Source of the DNA: an uncultured Nitrospinota bacterium
GTDB lineage: Bacteria > Tectomicrobia > Entotheonellia > J063 > CAVPRW01
DNA length: 64,000 nucleotides
Direction of reading: 5' to 3'
Assembly (NCBI GenBank): GCA_963707985.1
Contig: CAVPRW010000001.1
Span: forward strand, 51,503-115,502
Part shown: in pieces, positions 61,476 to 64,000 of the stretch
Numbering within the stretch: position 1 is the stretch's first letter
How the letters are laid out: every line of letters begins with the position of its first letter
Notes under the pieces: generated by a model
Told to the model about the DNA's origin: nothing
What the model saw: only the letters and a program-made list of their open reading frames with translations
Databases searched by the model: none
Position numbers and translations under genes: made by a program

Positions 61476-62226
61476 CCGCAGGGCGAGGGGCCATTTCCGG
61501 TACTCCTCGACGTGCACGGGGGAGCATGGAACGATCAGGACCGCACGGCGCATGCGCCCGTGAACGAACGGCTGGTGGCAAGCGGCATGCTGGTGGTGGT
61601 GATCGATATGCGCCTGGCCAGGGAGACTCCTTACCCCAACATCGTGGCGGACGTGAACTGTGGTGTCCGCTGGCTCAAATCGAAGGCCCGTGAGTGGAAC
61701 GGGGACCTATCGACGCTCGGTGCTCTGGGTAGCTCAAGCGGCAGCCACGTCCTGGAATGCTGCGCCATGCGCCCGCATGATCCGCGCTATACCATGTATC
61801 CGCTGCCGGAGGCGGCCCAGCTCGATGCCACGTTGAAGTATGTCATCGCCCGCTCGCCGATCAGCAATCCCCTCGCCCGTTACGAACAGGCGCAGAAGAT
61901 GAAGCGCGACACTCTGATTCAGAACAGTGAGCTCTACTTCAAGCCGTGGGACACCATCATCGAGGGTAACCTGAAAGTACATCCTCGAACGTGGGGAATC
62001 AGTCCTCATGCCGCCGATGTTTGTCCTGCAGGGCGAATTGGACGACAACGTGTTGGCTGCGGTGCAGGAGCATTCCGTGGCCACCTATCGGGCTGCCGGC
62101 AGTGCGATCGACTATGAAGTGTTCCCTGGGGCAGAGCATCGCTGGATCATTCAGCCAGGCCCGTAGACGGATCGGGCCATTGACATGATCAAAGCCTTCA
62201 TTGCCAGCCAGTTACGCGTGCGCTAG
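61476..62226 (+). pseudogene. Alpha/beta hydrolase (HSL-like), 5'-truncated, with frameshift and stop
   Basis: 'PQGEGPFPVLLDVHGGAW', 'GSSSGSH', 'LQGELDDNV', 'FPGAEH'; TAG at 62164-62166. Confidence 0.8.
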
Positions 62227-62245
62227 CCGATGCAGGAGCTGAGGC

Positions 62246-62282
62246 CTAGGGGCGTGCACCTGAAGTGTATGCACGCCCCTAG
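62246..62282. repeat. REP-like perfect 13-bp inverted repeat / terminator
   Basis: CTAGGGGCGTGCA ... TGCACGCCCCTAG. Confidence 0.65.
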
Positions 62283-62347
62283 CGCACGCCAGTGATGCAT
62301 TGCTCCCTGGGACCGGAAGGATGCCAAGACCGGAAGAGCGCAGATAC

Positions 62348-62668
62348 ATGGATGACAAGTTGAGCGCCATTATCGTGGAACTGCGGCGGCAGTTCGAACT
62401 CCTCTACGGCGAGCGATTAGTCCGAATGGTACTTTTCGGTTCGCAAGCACGGGGGGACGCCGAGCCTGAGTCCGATATTGACGTGCTGGTCGTCCTGCAG
62501 GGGCCGGTCGATCCGGGAGAAGAGATTGCTCGCACCGGGGAAGTGACGGCATGGTTATCGTTAAAACATGATGTGGTGATTTCCCGTGTGTTCATCTCCG
62601 GCGAACAGTTTTCCGAGGAGCAGAGTCCCCTCTTGCTGAACGTCCGGCGTGAGGGCCTATCTGTATGA
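62348..62668 (+). CDS. Minimal nucleotidyltransferase (MNT) antitoxin-like protein
   Basis: 'LFGSQARGDAEPESDIDVLVV' (GS-x10-DxD); '...LL.NVRREG'. Confidence 0.92.
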   Translation: MDDKLSAIIVELRRQFELLYGERLVRMVLFGSQARGDAEPESDIDVLVVLQGPVDPGEEIARTGEVTAWLSLKHDVVISRVFISGEQFSEEQSPLLLNVRREGLSV

Positions 62669-63080
62669 CCCGCGAGCAAGCAGCGTTGTTGAAGAAAGAC
62701 TACGATAGCTTGCGGGGGGCAAAGGTCCTGGCTGGGGATGGACTCCATGATTTTGCGGCATCACGCGCATACTACACCATGTTTTACGTCGCCGAGGCGC
62801 TACTGCTTGGAGAAGGGCTTTCGTTTTCGAAGCATACAGCTGTGTAGCTGCCTTTGGGCGACGATTTGCGCGCACTGGCGTGGTCCCAGCAGAGTTTCAC
62901 CGGTACTTGATCGATGGTCAGGATATGCGGACAGTAGGCGATTATAGCACCGGGCCAGGCCTGACAGCGGCGCAGGCAGCTGAGCAGATTGCTCGTGCGG
63001 AGCGATTCCTTGATCAGGCTGATCGGCTCCTCCGCACACCCCCAATATCTCCGACGGAGGAGACATCAACGACAAATTAG
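62665..63080 (+). pseudogene. HEPN domain protein (partner of MNT), -1 frameshift near 62843
   Basis: ATGA overlap with MNT; 'ASRAYYTMFY..EALL...SKH.AV', then shifted frame 'AAFGRRF..TG......L....D.R..GDY'. Confidence 0.85.
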
Positions 63081-63087
63081 GAGGAAT

Positions 63088-63333
63088 ACCTCGACAACAT
63101 CGTTGTGGAGCGTCTCTGGCGTACGGTCAACTAGGCGGCGGTGTATTTGCAAGATTCGGGGACGCCCAGGGAGGCGAGGCAGGGGGTAACGAAGGTCTGC
63201 CAGTTATACAAGGGGCAGCGCCCTCATCAGGTGCTGGGGTCCCAGACACCAGCGCCGGTGTATGTCGGTGCGTACGGATAGCAGGCTATCTCAATTGGCG
63301 TCTCAAATGGTCTTGACAATGGGGTACACCTCA
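63088..63333 (+). mobile_element. IS3-family 3' fragment with right end
   Basis: 'LDNI.VERLWRTV', 'Y...RPHQ.LG..TP..VY'; terminal 'GTCTTGACAATGGGGTACACCTCA' ending in CA. Confidence 0.8.
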
Positions 63334-63769
63334 ATTGGCCCGCAGCTACTCAAGCGAATACGAGAGTTCCTGAGGGGTAATCCCGTCTCTGCTCTCAACG
63401 CGAGTTCCTTGCTGAATGAGCTGGACGATTTGCTGTATTCTTTACACCAAGATCAGGGAGACTAGCCCTTCGCATGCGCGAAAATGTGGTGGCTTGCCGC
63501 CCTCATCAATGATGAAGTCGAACCAGCCACGCGTCGCCGTCAGCATGCGTCAGGCCTAACTTCGCCTCTCCTTGAAGAGATAGGCGCCATGCTTCAGCTT
63601 GATCGGAGAGCTGGTGGGGATCGTCCAAGGAGACCTGTGCATACGAGGCCTGCGCGCCTTGAGACTGCGCGTCACCTACGCAGTCTCCTTCGAAGAGCAA
63701 GGTGACATCTGCAGCAGAGAACCGGTGCGGAAACGTCGCGATTGCGGCTTTATGAGGCAGTGCGCCGGA

Positions 63770-63894
63770 GTCCGACCACCGCCGCAACACCTGTACTGCC
63801 GCCCTTCCAGGTTCCCCAGTCGAAAAGCCTTTTCCTCACATCCCTGCATCTGATAAGATCAGGCCATTCGTCGGGCTGTAAGCGACCGACGATC
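63770..63894. repeat. Diverged ~125-bp repeat, copy 2
   Basis: See copy 1 at 61349-61472. Confidence 0.7.
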
Positions 63895-64000
63895 CGCTCG
63901 TCCCGTTAATGCTGATCATGCGAATGAAGGTGGAAGCATAGCTGGTGGGACAAGGTAAGCGGCGTCTGGCCCGCAAGCGCCGGTAACAATCATGGAAATT

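Noticed and set aside
1..64000. CRISPR array, tRNA or rRNA genes
   Set aside because: No regularly spaced repeats, no cloverleaf with T-loop/CCA and no rRNA signatures were found by eye.

Overview
A GC-rich bacterial chromosomal window. Its IS repertoire and gene content resemble Candidatus Tectomicrobia/Entotheonella-like bacteria; this is an inference and was not checked. Intact metabolic and housekeeping genes (putA, pyk, purM, ald, nadK, recN, rlpA, an RND pump, a heterodimeric ABC exporter, GMC, enolase-family and HsaA-like enzymes) alternate with eroded accessory tracts. Those tracts hold remnants of IS1634, ISKra4, ISNCY, IS5, IS1 and IS3 elements, deletion-fused pseudogenes and two toxin-antitoxin modules. 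Highlights: (1) an integrase-less integron cassette cluster with attC hairpins at about 1.3-3.3 kb; (2) a 1291-aa PutA with an unexplained N-terminal domain of about 150 aa; (3) a compact 7-gene operon in which a non-covalent-FAD Sdh/Frd-like complex and a split Fe-S hydro-lyase bracket an ATP-dependent hydantoinase/oxoprolinase pair, probably an uncharacterised catabolic pathway; (4) the remnant of a ThiF/E1 locus with a Pup-like acidic peptide; (5) two candidate structured RNAs. Several single-base frameshifts in short homopolymers (recN, the sdhA-like gene, DUF1537, DUF4412) look like sequencing errors. No rRNA, tRNA or CRISPR array was seen.
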